This document shows positions 1 through 12,341 of a stretch of 64,000 nt of DNA, piece after piece (positions within the stretch are counted from its first letter, which is position 1; each line of letters begins with the position of its first letter). The notes under the pieces were generated by a model. That model had not been told where the DNA came from, ran no database searches, and saw only the letters and a list, made by a program, of their open reading frames with translations. The position numbers and the translations under genes are program-made. Source of the stretch: Macrostomum lignano (taxonomy: Eukaryota); assembly GCA_002269645.1 (NCBI GenBank), contig NIVC01002866.1:70123-134122 (forward strand), given 5' to 3'.

Positions 1-60
1 AGCTCTCACCCCAGCTCTCACCCCAACTCTCACCCCAGCTCTCACCCCAGCTCTCACCCA
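1..60. repeat. 12-bp tandem repeat ccccagctctca (GLUT intron)
   Basis: Direct inspection. Confidence 0.85.
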
Positions 61-128
61 CCCCCACCCACCCCTCACTCACCCCTCACTCGCCCACCTC
101 ACCTAGGTCTCACTATATTCCATTCCAG

Positions 129-2366
129 GCGAACAGGCCTGGTTATGGCCAACGTATTCTCAGTGCTGGCTGCCATATCCATCGCCCCAACACTCGCTGC
201 GAACTCGCCTATTTTTGTGTACATCACCAGAGCTCTGTCAGGCCTTCACAACGGTAAGCTGTTTCGATCTCTTATTTTATGAAGCATTTTACCATCTGCT
301 TACAGTTTATCCAATGAAACCGTTTATCCTATGAATTCATTATTCCTCACTGATCCCACTGCCCTTCAGGCCTGACCATCCCCATGACGTCAATGTACGT
401 CACTGAGATCGTGCCTATTCGACTCCGCGGCGCCATCGGCTCCAGCGGGCAGCTGTCAATCACCATTGGCATCTTCGTTGGCGGCCTGGTCGGCCTGGAA
501 CAGGCGCTCAACCGCGAGAAGTACTGGGTGGTCGCCATCGCTCTGAGCGGCTTGCCATCCCTGGTGTCCAGCATTGCGCTGCCGCTCCTGCCCGAGAGTC
601 CCCGGTTTCTCTACCTCAACAAAGGCGACGAGGCTGCCGCCAAGCAGGCTGTGCAGCGATTCTGCGCTCCCGCCGAAGTCGACGAAGCTATGCTGGCGTT
701 GAAGTCGGAGAAGGTCAAGATGGAACAACAGGAGGCGGCGGAGAAGTTCTCTATTGGGACTCTGTTTACCAGCAAGCGGTACCGCATGGCCCTGCTGATC
801 ACCCTGGTGCTGGTGGTGGTGCAGCAGCTCAGCGGCATCAATGTGGTGAGTGCGTCATCTTCTGAGTACTCTGCTAATTCTTCTCAAAGCCGATTCTGTT
901 GCATTTGTTGCAGATTCTGTTGTTACATTTGTTGCAGATTCTGTTGTTACATTTGTTGCAGATTCTGTTATTGCATTTGTTGCAGATTCTGTTGCATTTG
1001 TTGCAGATTCTGTTGTTGCATTTGTTGCAGATTCTGTTGTTGCATTTGTTGCAGATTCTGTTGTTGCATTTGTTGCAGATTCTGTTATTACATTCGTTGC
1101 AGATTCTGTTAAATTTGTTGCAGATTCTGTTGCATTTGTTGCAGATTCTGTTATTGCATTTGTTGCAGATTCTGTTGCAGTTGTTGCAGATTCTGTTGCA
1201 GTTGTTGCAGATTCTGTTGCAGTTGTTGCAGATTCTGTTGCAGTTGTTGCAGATTCTGTTGCAGTTGTTGCAGATTCTGTTGCATTTGTTGCAGATTCTG
1301 TTGTTGCATTTGTTGCAGATTCTGTTGTTGCATTTGTTGCAGATTCTGTTGCAGTTGTTGCAGATTCTGTTGCAGTTGTTGCAGATTCTGTTGCAGTTGT
1401 TGCAGATTCTGTTGCAGTTGTTGCAGATTCTGTTGCAGTTGTTGCAGATTCTGTTGCAGTTGTTGCAGATTCTGTTGCAGTTGTTGCAGATTCTGTTGCA
1501 TTTGTTGCAGATTCTGTTGCATTTGTTCCAGATTCTGTTGTTACATTTGTTGCAGATTCTGTTGTTACATTTGTTGCAGATTCTGTTATTACATTTGTCG
1601 CAGATTCCTTGGCGGATTCTTGCCTCTTATTTGGCTGCCTGCTGAATAACCATGATTGTTCCTATATCATCGTGCATGCCCCTCCCAGGTGATGCAATAC
1701 TCCAGCATCATGCTTGAGAACACTGGAGTCCAGAAGTCCACGGTGCCGCTGGTGACACTCGGTGTGTACGCACTGAACGTGCTGTCAACCATCGTGGCTC
1801 TGCCCATCCTGGAGAAGTTCGGCCGCCGGCTCCTGCTGCTGCTGTCTCTGGCCATTGTGCTGGTGAGCCTGGTGGCTCTGCTGATAGTCAGCCAGTTCAC
1901 GCCCAAGTCCTTCAGCACCGCCACAGCCACCCAGAAGGCTCTGTCTGGAGTTGCCTGCGCTCTCGTCTTCATCTACGTTGTCGGGTTCGCCATCGGTCTC
2001 GGCTGCATCACCGTCATGTACATCAGCGAGATTTTCCAGCAGAAAGCCCGCGGAGCCGCCAACTCAGTTGCTATGGGAGTGCTGCAGACCAGCAACGCTC
2101 TGGTTGTGCTCACCTACTACACCTTGGAGAAGTCTCTGGGGCATTTCGTCTACCTGATCTACATTGTGCCGGTCACCGCCGGCCTGGTGTTTCTGTTCTT
2201 CTTCATGCCCGAGACGAAGAACCGCAGCACCGATGACATCGCAGATGAGCTGTCGGCCAAGCTGGGCGGGCCGAGGACGGAAGCAGGCGACCAGCAGAAG
2301 GAGGTCGCTGCTGCTGATGCTATGAAAACTGCGAAATCTTCCACCGCTGAGCAAGAAGCCGACTGA
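129..2366 (+). CDS. SLC2A: Facilitative sugar transporter, GLUT/SLC2 family (MFS); 5' end lies upstream of the window
   Basis: Exons 129-253, 370-845 and 1689-2366 have GT-AG boundaries and compatible phases. Motifs: EIVPIRLRG, PESPRFL, QQLSGINV, EKFGRRLLL, SEIFQQKARG, FFFMPETKNRS. Family level only. Confidence 0.9.
891..1607. repeat. 18/21-bp minisatellite gttgcagattctgttgca(t/g)tt in a GLUT intron
   Basis: Direct inspection; source of the VADS/LLQI repeat ORFs. Confidence 0.95.
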
Positions 2367-2519
2367 GCTCAGTGAAGGCATTCACTGCCTGAGAAACTCT
2401 GGAGAGAAGCTCTGAGTCTTTTGGGGAATTTCTGCTTTTTTGAAAATTCAACAAAACGTAGCTTCTGGAAAATTTATAACTAAATTTTTAACTGAAATTT
2501 TTGTCTGCTTTTTTTTATC

Positions 2520-3070
2520 TAAAACTGTTTATAATCTGAAACAGTTTATCCTCTGAAAGTTTATCCTCTAAAACAGTTTACAATCTGAAACAGCTTATCC
2601 TCTGAAACAGTTTATCCTCTGAAACAGTTTATCCTCTGAAACAGTTTACAATCTGAAACAGTTTACAATCTGAAACAGTTTACAATCTGAAACAGTTTAC
2701 AATCTGAAACAGTTTATCCTCTGAAACAGTTTATCCTCTGAAACAGTTTACAATCTGAAACAGTTTATCCTCTGAAACAGTTTACAATCTGAAACAGTTT
2801 ACAATCTGAAACAGTTTACAATCTGAAACAGTTAAAAATCTGAAACAGTTTATCCTCTGAAACAGTTTACAATCTGAAACAGTTTATCCTCTGAAACAGT
2901 TTACAATCTGAAACAGTTTACAATCTGAAACAGTTAAAAATCTGAAACAGTTTATCCTCTGAAACAGTTTACAATCTGAAACAGTTTATCCTCTGAAACA
3001 GTTTACAATCTGAAACAATTTACAATCTGAAACAGTTTATCATCTGAAACAGTTTATCATCTGAAACAGC
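2520..3070. repeat. 17-bp minisatellite ctgaaacagttta(caat/tcct)
   Basis: Direct inspection. Confidence 0.95.
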
Positions 3071-3484
3071 TTAATTTTAATTTTCAATGGTAACCCATGT
3101 CCTGATTTTATAAGTAAAAAGCGTTAAACATGCGACGCCTCCCAAAATGGTCATTGTCGATCTGTGAAACTCTGAAATGTGAAATTAACGCTTAAAAGCT
3201 TCAAATGACAGTTGCAGTTTATTCAACTGCTTGCATTAATTTTCAGATGCAAATCTGTACTTAATATTCGAATCACAAATGTATGCTGACTGGTTGCGTC
3301 AGAGAGCTGAAGCCATTGAAGAATTGAAAACTTTCACAACCACTGGAACATTCAGCGGCAGTCAAAGCGCCTCAATGCTTTTAGTTTTTTTATTCTGTAC
3401 AACAAATTGTTTTCTGTTACTGTTAGTAGTGTGATTCTCTGTAACAGTAACATGGTTCTTTCTCAGTAGCATGATTTGTCTGTG

Positions 3485-3885
3485 TCAGTATCAGTAGTGT
3501 GATATTGTCTGTATCAGTAGTGTGATATTGTCTGTATCAGTAGTGTGATATTGTCTGTGTCAGTAGTGTGATATTGTCTGTATCAGTAGTGTGATATTGT
3601 CTGTATCAATAGTGTGATATTGTCTGTATCAGTAGTGTGATATTGTCTGTATCAGTAGTGTGATATTGTCTGTATCAATAGTGTGATATTGTCTGTATCA
3701 GTAGTGTGATATTGTCTGTATCAATAGTGTGATATTGTCTGTATCAATAGTGTGATATTGTCTGTATCAGTAGTGTGATATTGTCTGTATCAATAGTGTG
3801 ATATTGTCTGTCAGTAGTGTGATATTGTCTGTCAGTAGTGTGATATTGTCTGTCAGTAGTGTGATATTGTCTGTCAGTAGTGTGA
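3485..3885. repeat. 21/23-bp minisatellite cagtagtgtgatattgtctgtat
   Basis: Direct inspection. Confidence 0.95.
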
Positions 3886-3977
3886 CTTTATCAATGATTG
3901 TAAAACACAGAAACTGTTCTAGCTTCGGAGAGCTCGTAATTACTTGAGTTGTGTATATTTATCCATTGCAGCCACTG

Positions 3978-4880
3978 GTGAGTGAGTGAGTGAGTGAGTG
4001 AGAGTGTGAGTGAGTGAGTGAATGAGTGAGTGAGTGAGTGAGTGAGTGAGTGAGTGAGTGAGTGAGTGAGTGAGTGAGTGAGTGAGTGAGTGAGTGAGTG
4101 AGTGAGTGAGTGAGTGAGTGAGTGAGTGAGTGAGTGAGTGAGTGAGTGAGTGAGTGAGTGAGTGAGTGAGTGAGTGAGTGAGTGAGTGAGTGAGTGAGTG
4201 AGTGAGTGAGTGAATGAGTGAGTGAAGGAGTGAGTGAGTGAATGAGTGAGTTATGAATGCGTTCAAAAGTGAGTTTATGAGTTGAGTGAGTCATGGGTGA
4301 GTTCATGAGGGAGTTCATAAGTGAGTTTATGAGTTGAGTGAGTCATGGGTGAGTTCATGAGTGAGTTCATAAGTGAGTTTATGAGTTGAGTGATTCATGG
4401 GTGAGTTCATGAGTGAGTCATGAGTGAGTTTATGAGTGAGTTCATGAGTGAGTTTATGAGTTGAGTGAGTCATGGGTGAGTTCATGAGTGAGTTCATGAG
4501 TGAGTTTATGAGTTGAGTGAGTCATGGGTGAGTTCATGAGTGAGTTCATAAGTGAGTTTATGAGTTGAGTGAGTCATGGGTGAGTTCATGAGTGAGTTCA
4601 TAAGTGAGTTTATGAGTTGAGTGAGTCATGGGTGAGTTCATGAGTGAGTCATGAGTGAGTTCATGAGTGAGTTCATGAGTGAGTTTATGAGTTGAGTGAG
4701 TCATGGGTGAGTTCATGAGTGAGTTCATGAGTGAGTTTATGAGTTGAGTGAGTCATGGGTGAGTTCATGAGAGAGTTCATGAGTGAGTTTATGAGTTGAG
4801 TGAGTCATGGGTGAGTTCATGAGTGAGTTCATGAGTGAGTTTATGAGTTGAGTGAGTCATGGGTGAGTTCATGAGTGAGT
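3978..4880. repeat. (GAGT)n microsatellite grading into a compound ~50-bp GAGT/CATG array
   Basis: Direct inspection. Confidence 0.95.
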
Positions 4881-5364
4881 TCAGGAGTTTTTAAAAAAGC
4901 TTTGCGCATTCTTTTTTAAAACAACACACCGCTGATGAAATGACAAAAGCGTGCAAAGAGTCATAACTACAAAATTATGACTGATTTCTCTAGTCCTCTG
5001 CGCCGTCGAACTGTCTGGAATCTCCCCTCGTTCAGTTAGGTTGTGATTCTTTGCTGCTGCTTCATCAATACTCAAGAGCTGTCATCCTGCCAGTGGCAGC
5101 AGCGGCGCTCTGTGTTTAAAATCTCATCACGACAGCCCAAGTGAACAAGGGAAGGATTCAGGCAAACACAGGGGCAGAGAGGCGCAGAAGACTCTTGGAG
5201 CTTGAAAAAAACAGCTGTTGGGGAAATTAAGGCGCTGGGGCTTGGATTTTTTAATGGCTTTTTGACCGCGGCTGGGGGGCGCTGGGTGTCAGCCTGATTT
5301 GAAGGATTTTTGGCAGGAAACTGGGAGAGAGATGCAGGGTGTCACAGAGAGTGGCAGAAAGCTA

Positions 5365-5885
5365 TTGGGACACATTGGGAGTCACAAAGAGTCACGGTGA
5401 TTCACAGGAAGTTACAGTGAGTCATAACGTTGGGACACATTGGGAGTCACAAAGAGTCACGGTGATTCACAGGAAGTTACAGTGAGTCATAACGTTGGGA
5501 CACATTGGGAGTCACAAAGAGTCACGGTGATTCACAGGAAGTTACAGTGAGTCATAACGAGCCATATAGAATCACAAAGAATCACAGACAGTCAAAAAGA
5601 GTTATCGAGAGTCACAGGAAGTCACGAAGAGTCGCGGAGTGTTGCGAGAAGTCCCAGCAGTGTGTCTCGGAGAGTCACAGAGTGTCTCGGAGAGTCACAG
5701 AGTGTCTTGGAGAGTCACAGAGTGTCTCGGAGAGTCACAGAGTGTTACGGAGAGTCACAGAGTGTCTCGGAGAGTCACAGAGTGTCTTGGAGAGTCACAG
5801 AGTGTCTCGGAGAGTCACAGAGTGTTACGGAGAGTCACAGAGTGTTACGGAGAGTCACTGGGAGTCACAGGGTGTCAGGGAGAGT
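5365..5885. repeat. GAGTCACA-based repeats (~65-bp duplicated unit, then a 20-bp array)
   Basis: Direct inspection. Confidence 0.85.
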
Positions 5886-6171
5886 CACACAGAAGTGTCT
5901 CTACCGAGAAGGTTCCCAGCGACTAAGTCGGAAAGATGTCAGGCACCGATACTTACCGAAATGGCTAGGAAGTTTGCAGCGTTGCGGCTAAGGCTGCTCG
6001 CAGCTTCAGAACACAGCAAAGGGCGCGCAAAAGGGAACAATTCGCTGCCTACTCTGTGGATGAGATGAAGAATACTGTGGGATGGGAATTTTTTATAAGG
6101 GTCATCCTCATTGGCCAGATTCAAGTTTTTCTTCTTCCCTTCCTGTATCCTGCATTAGAAATTAGTGGTAA

Positions 6172-7096
6172 ACTCATTCACTCCTTCATTCATTCACACA
6201 CACACTCACTCACTCACTCACTCACTCACTCACTCACTCACTCACTCACTCACTCACTCACTTACTTACTCACTCACTCACTCACTCACTCACTCACTCA
6301 CTCACTCATTCACTCACTCACTTACTCACTCACTCACTCACTCACTCACTCACTCACTTACTCACTCACTCACTCACTCACTCACTCACTCACTCACTCA
6401 CTCACTCACTCACTCACTCACTTACTCACTCACTCACTCACTCACTTACTCACTCACTTACTCACTCACTCACTCACTCACTCACTCACTCACTCACTCA
6501 CTCACTCACTTACTCACTCACTCACTCACTCACTCACTCACTCACTCATTCACTCACTCACTCACTCACTCACTCACTCACTTACTCACTCACTCACTCA
6601 CTTACTCACTCACTCACTCACTCACTTACTCACTCACTTACTCACTCACTCACTCACTCACTCACTCACTCACTCACTCACTCACTCACTCACTCACTCA
6701 CTTACTCACTCACTCACTCACTCACTCACTCACTCATTCACTCATTCACTCACTCACTCACTCACTCACTTACTCACTTACTCACTCACTCACTCACTCA
6801 CTCACTCACTCACTCACTCACTCACTCACTCACTCACTCACTCACTCACTCACTCACTTACTCACTCACTCACTCACTCACTCACTTACTCACTCACTCA
6901 CTCACTTACTCACTCACTCACTCACTCACTCACTCACTCACTCACTCACTCACTCACTCACTTACTCACTCACTCACTCACTCACTCACTTACTCACTCA
7001 CTCACTCACTCACTCACTTACTCACTCACTCACTCACTCACTTACTCACTCACTCACTCACTCACTCACTCACTCACTCACTCACTCACTCACTCA
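6172..7096. repeat. (CTCA)n microsatellite with CTTA/TTCA variants
   Basis: Direct inspection; source of the HSLT repeat ORFs. Confidence 0.97.
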
Positions 7097-7809
7097 GTAT
7101 TTTATCACTGCGCATAAATTTATTTCCATCATCTCTCAGTCTCACACCGCAGTATTGCCTTCTGGCCACCAGGAAACGGCGAAGCGACCCTCATCTCATG
7201 GAAGTGAGGCAACAAAAAGAAGACAAGAACAGGGCAGCGAGGTAGCAAAGAGATGGGGCGGTCCCTGTGCCATCAATGCCAGAAAGAAATTGTGCATCTC
7301 CGCTGTATGAAAAGAATTCTTATAGTAAATATCCACTGTTGACTGAGTACAGAGCACGCGAGAGCCCACAGCCAGTTCGCTAAGATTGACCAGTTGTCAC
7401 CCTGCACCCCTCCAGAGGTACCCTGACTCTCTCACCCCACTGTACAGCCCGAGTTTCTCGTCCGACTGGAGGAAAGGAGGCAGAGAGAGTCGGAGGGTTG
7501 AGCCCAACAACCCCAACACCCCTCAAGCCTCTCGGCCGAAAAATTCCAACACACACTAAAACACGTGCCGGCAGTTGAGCGTGTGAGCAGCTTGCTAGCG
7601 ACTCACCTGCTGAGCTCTCACTGCAGTTGAGTTCACTTATAGTTTTGCGCGTCTCTGCAAACCTTGCACTGCACCTTTTTCTCAGTCTGTTGCCCGTCCC
7701 AGTCAGAGTTCTTCAGATCTTGATTTTAAACTTTGTCGGCCTCAATACACTTTAAATTCGTACAGTATACTTTTTAATTTGCCATTTATTAAGGCTGTTT
7801 AAAAGCAAC

Positions 7810-10800
7810 ATGTCGACAGAATCTGAGCAGGAGAAGAAGCAGGCTGAAGCTGAAGAATCCAAAGGGGAACGGCAAGGACTGTTTGAGTAAGTGGAGTGGT
7901 CATCTCACAGATTTCAGTCACACTGTGTCACTTTGTCTCATACTGTCATAACTGATGTGTCACACTGTCTCATACTGTCATAGCTGAGATGTGTCACACT
8001 GTCTCATACTGTCATAGCTGATGTGTCACACTGTCTCATACTGTCATAGCTGATGTGTCACACTGTCTCATACTGTCATAACTGAGATGTGTCACACTGT
8101 CTCATACTGTCATAACTGAGATGTGTCACACTGTCTCATACTGTCATAGCTGATGTGTCACACTGTCTCATACTGTCATAGCTGAGATGTGTCACACTGT
8201 CTCATACTGTCATAGCTGATGTGTCACACTGTCTCATACTGTCATAGCTGAGATGTGTCACACTGTCTCATACTGTCATATCTGACGTGTCACACTGTCT
8301 CATACTGTCATAACTGAGATGTGTCACACTGTCTCATACTGTCATAGCTGATGTGTCACACTGTCTCATACTGTCATAACTGAGATGTGTCACACTGTCT
8401 CATACTGTCATAACTGAGATGTGTCACACTGTGTCACATTGTTAAACAGCAGCTGTGTCACACTATTTCAGATTGGTAAACAGCAGATGTGTCACACTAT
8501 GTCACATTGTTAAACAGGAGATGTGTCACACTGTGTCACATTGTTAAACAGGAGATGTGTCACACTGTCTCATACTGTCATAACTGAGATGTGTCACACT
8601 ATGTCACATTGTTAAACAGGAGATGTGTCACACTATGTCACATTGTTAAACAGGAGATGTGTCACACTATGTCACATTGTTAAACAGGAGATGTGTCACA
8701 CTATGTCACATTGTTAAACAGGAGATGTGTCACACTATGTCACATTGTTAAACAGGAGATGTGTCACACTGCCATTAGCTACGTGTCACTGCGGCACTGT
8801 CATCATTTTGAATATCTGATAAGCACAATGAGCTTGTGTATGAATCGTATTTATTCGGATTTACTACAGAACAAAGTCAATCTCTTTTTCCGTTAAAAAT
8901 TCTTTTAGAAGCACCGGCGTCTACGCGCGCCCCTTCTGGGCCTGGCTGGTGCTGGCCTGCGCTGCCACCAATGTCATCTTCTTGGGCGGCAAGCGGCGCG
9001 CCTTCGGGGTCTTCGTGGCGCAGCTGCACGTGGAGTTCAACCAGACCGTGTCCTTGGCAGAGCTGAACTGGATTGGTCAGTGACTACTTCGACACCTGAC
9101 TGCTCCTCTGATTCCGCCCCTGATCCCCCTGATTTCGCTCCTGATCCCCCTGATTCCGCCCCTGATCCTCCTGATTCCGCCCCTGCTCCCCTGATTCCGC
9201 CCGTGATCCCCCTGATTCCGCCCCTGCTCCCCTGATTCCGCCCCTGATCCCCTGATTCCGCCCCTGCTCCCCTGATTCCGCCCCTGCTCCCCCTGATTCC
9301 GCCCCTGATCCCCCTGATTCCGCCCTGATTCCGCCCCTGCTCCCCTGATTCCGCCCCTGATCCCCCTGATTCCGCCCTGATTCCGCCCCTGCTCCTCTGA
9401 TTCCGCCCCTGATCCCCCTGATTCCGCCCCTGCTCCCCTGATTCCGCCCCTGCTCCTCTGATTCCGCCCCTGATCCCCCTGATTCCGCCCCTGATCCCCC
9501 TGATTCCGCCCCTGATCCCCCTGATTCCGCCCCTGATCCCCTGATTCTGCCCATGTGCTCAATGGTCATTCAGATAGTCATAGCAGTAACAGTGCGACAA
9601 AATTCTCTTGTTGAAATTTTATAACCAGGCTGCAATTACTTTTCAGCCTATAGCAGAGACTTTTACCTCAGTCTCGGTCGGAAATTTGATGCTAAAGCGC
9701 ACATTAATTACATAGAATCCAATAATCACTTGACATTTTCTTGTATAGCCTGTCCCTGCTCCATGTAAGTGTGACCCACTCTGTGGTGACCAAGCATTCT
9801 GCTCTGATAGGCTGTAAATAGTTGACAGAACACAAAACACTTTGGCCCAAAGTACCAGTGAATATTGCACATAAATTACAAATTGGGACGGAAAAACCTA
9901 TAAGTAAGTATTACTCGTAGGAAAGAATGCTGGTCAGAAAACAGCGGTCTCTATTGATAAAACACAAGATTAGAAAACGGCCGATTAGAAAACAGCCGGT
10001 TAGAAAACAGCCGGTTAGAAAACAGCCGGTTAGAAAATGGCCGATTAGAAAACGGCCGATTAGAAAACTGCCAATTAGAAAACAGCCGATTAGAAAACAG
10101 TTCAAATAGAAAACAGCACCGAACTCACTGAATTCCAGGCGACAGCTACGCGGCCGTGGGCTACATGACCACCACCCTGAGCAGCACGGTCATTCTCATG
10201 TCCGGGCGCCGGTTCCGGATTTTCCAATTCGCCGGTTCCGCATTCGTGCTGCTGGCCTGCATCAGCTCGGCCTATGTTCCGAATCCGCACTGGCTCTTCC
10301 TCTCTCACACAGTGTTCCACGGAATTGGCAGCTCCTTCATCCTGAGCGTGGTTGGACTCATTGTGAACGAGTACTTTGACAAGCAGCACAATTACCACAT
10401 CCTGGCTACCACTCTCGTGTCTGGCGGATCCATAGCTTCTATTGTATTCGTCCAGATGTACGCTTCGCTCATTGAAGCGTACAATTGGCGAAATGCCTTC
10501 TTAGTTTTGGGCGCCATCTATTTTGTGGTAAACATGTCCGGAGTGATCTTCTTTGCCAAGAGGCCCGGGCTGGGAGACTATGTCAGCAACAAGAGCTGCG
10601 TGACGGCAGTGGCTCAGGTACGTTTGGCTCCTTGGTGTTCTTGTACCCCTGGTGTACCCCTGATCACTCAGCTACCAAACCCCAATCACTCAGCTACCAT
10701 GCCCCAATCACTCAGCTACCATGCCCTAATCACTCAGCTACCATGCCCCAATCACTCAGCTATCATGCCCCAATCACTCAGCTACCATGCCCCAATCACT

Positions 10801-12031
10801 CAGCTACCTTGCCCCAATAACTCAGCTACCAAACCCCAATAATCAGCTACCAAACCTGAATCACTCAGCTACCACACACCAATCACTCAGCTACCACACA
10901 CCAGTCACTCAGCTACCACACACCAGTCACTCAGCTACCAAACCCCAATCACTCAGCTACCACACACCAATCACTCAGCTACCACACACCAATCACTCAA
11001 CTACCAAACCCCAATCACTCAGCTACCACACACCAATCACTCAGCTACCACACACCAATCACTCAGCTACCACACACCAATCACTCAGCTACCACACAAC
11101 AATCACTCAACTACCAAACCCCAATCACTCAGCTACCACACATCAATCACTCAACTACCACACACCAGTCACTCAGCTACCACACACCAATCACTCAGCT
11201 ACCACACACCAATCACTCAGCTACCACACACCAATCACTCAGCTACCACACACCAATCACTCAGCTACCAAACCCCAATCACTGAGCTACCAAACTCCAA
11301 TCACTCAGCTACTGCACCCCCTGACTAGCAGTAAATTGACCCGCATTCAGATTGACAGGAAGCGGGCTCCCTACTTGGTGCTGTGGTTCATTGACCGCAT
11401 CATGACCAGCGTGGTGACCTACGGCATGCTGCTAAACCTGGCCGACTACGTTCGTCGCAGGGAGAGCAGCCTGACGAAAGCCTCCTACCTCACCCTGCTG
11501 TTCGCGTCTGGCGAGGCCAGCACCTACCTGCTGGGCGCCCTCATAACGGCCTTCACCCGAGACCTGTTGCACAACAAGCTCAAGTGGATCCTCATTGGCT
11601 GCACAGCTGTCATGGCCAGCCTGCTGGTGGTGTGGGAGCTGTTTGCCGCGGACCGGATGCTCAGCAACTTTCTGGCCTTCTTGACCGGCTTCACCATGGG
11701 GCCAAGCATCACGTTCCTGTTCCCGGCTGGAGAGGAGCTCACATCTCTGCCTGGTCACTATGCCTATCCCTTTAGCCTGGCTGGCATGGGAGTTGGCATG
11801 GCAATCTCCCCGGCGCTCACAGCCCTGATCGCTGAGCGCAACAACTATCGTTGGTTCTTCCTGATCCAAGCTTTCATGATGTACATCAAGCTGGCCGCTC
11901 TGATCATCAACGTGGTGCTGCAGCGGTGCTGCGGCGTTGAGCAGTCCGAAATTGACGGCTACCGCTCCATCGAGCTGGACAGCGAAGAGAAGAGGAAGGC
12001 AGATGAGGCGGCGGAGGAGGCGGCGCATTGA
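7810..12031 (+). CDS. Monocarboxylate transporter-like MFS protein (SLC16/MCT family), ~467 aa
   Basis: Exons 7810-7886, 8909-9075, 10139-10617 and 11351-12031 join in frame with GT-AG ends. MCT-like motifs: FWAWLVL...FGVF...WIG, EYFDK...LA, YNWRNAFLVLG, plus many hydrophobic helices. Confidence 0.82.
7915..8770. repeat. Two adjoining ~32-34-bp TGTCAC-rich minisatellites in MCT intron 1
   Basis: Units actgtctcatactgtcataactgagatgtgtcac and actatgtcacattgttaaacaggagatgtgtcac. Confidence 0.92.
9105..9550. repeat. ~20-21-bp minisatellite ccctgattccgcccctg(a/c)tcc in MCT intron 2
   Basis: Direct inspection. Confidence 0.93.
9968..10100. repeat. 15-bp repeat gattagaaaacagcc
   Basis: Direct inspection. 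Confidence 0.85.
10660..11310. repeat. 22-bp minisatellite aatcactcagctaccacacacc in MCT intron 3
   Basis: Direct inspection. Confidence 0.93.
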
Positions 12032-12190
12032 TTGGATTGGATATCGGGGACTGCTGGGGTAGTCAGATGCCAGTTTTAAATTGAAAACCAAAATTTTGCT
12101 TTTCGAATTGAAAGTTAATGTTCTCACCTTTCTGGACTTGCAAATATCATGCGGGAAGCAAAAGTGACCAAATAGTGAAAAATATCAGCT

Positions 12191-12341
12191 TAGGGACCCG
12201 GGTCTGCGAAAGTTGCCAGCCGGAAAGTTGCCTAAACTAATTATATATACTTTAGCTTTCATAAACCTTCCGGCTGGCAACCTTCCGGCTGGCAACCTTC
12301 CGGCTGGCAACCTTCCGGCTGGCAAAGCTCGTGCTCCCCTA
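12191..12341. mobile_element. Small MITE-like element with internal 15-bp repeats in inverted orientation
   Basis: TAGGG...CCCTA ends. gttgccagccggaaagttgcc (12212-12232) is inverted relative to four copies of accttccggctggca (12265-12325). Confidence 0.4.

Noticed and set aside
850-1692. Long VADS/LLQI/QQNL repeat ORFs
   Set aside because: They lie inside a GT-AG intron of the GLUT gene and are open only because the repeat unit lacks stops.
6056-7310. 353-aa and 381-aa HSLT ORFs
   Set aside because: Translations of the (CTCA)n microsatellite.
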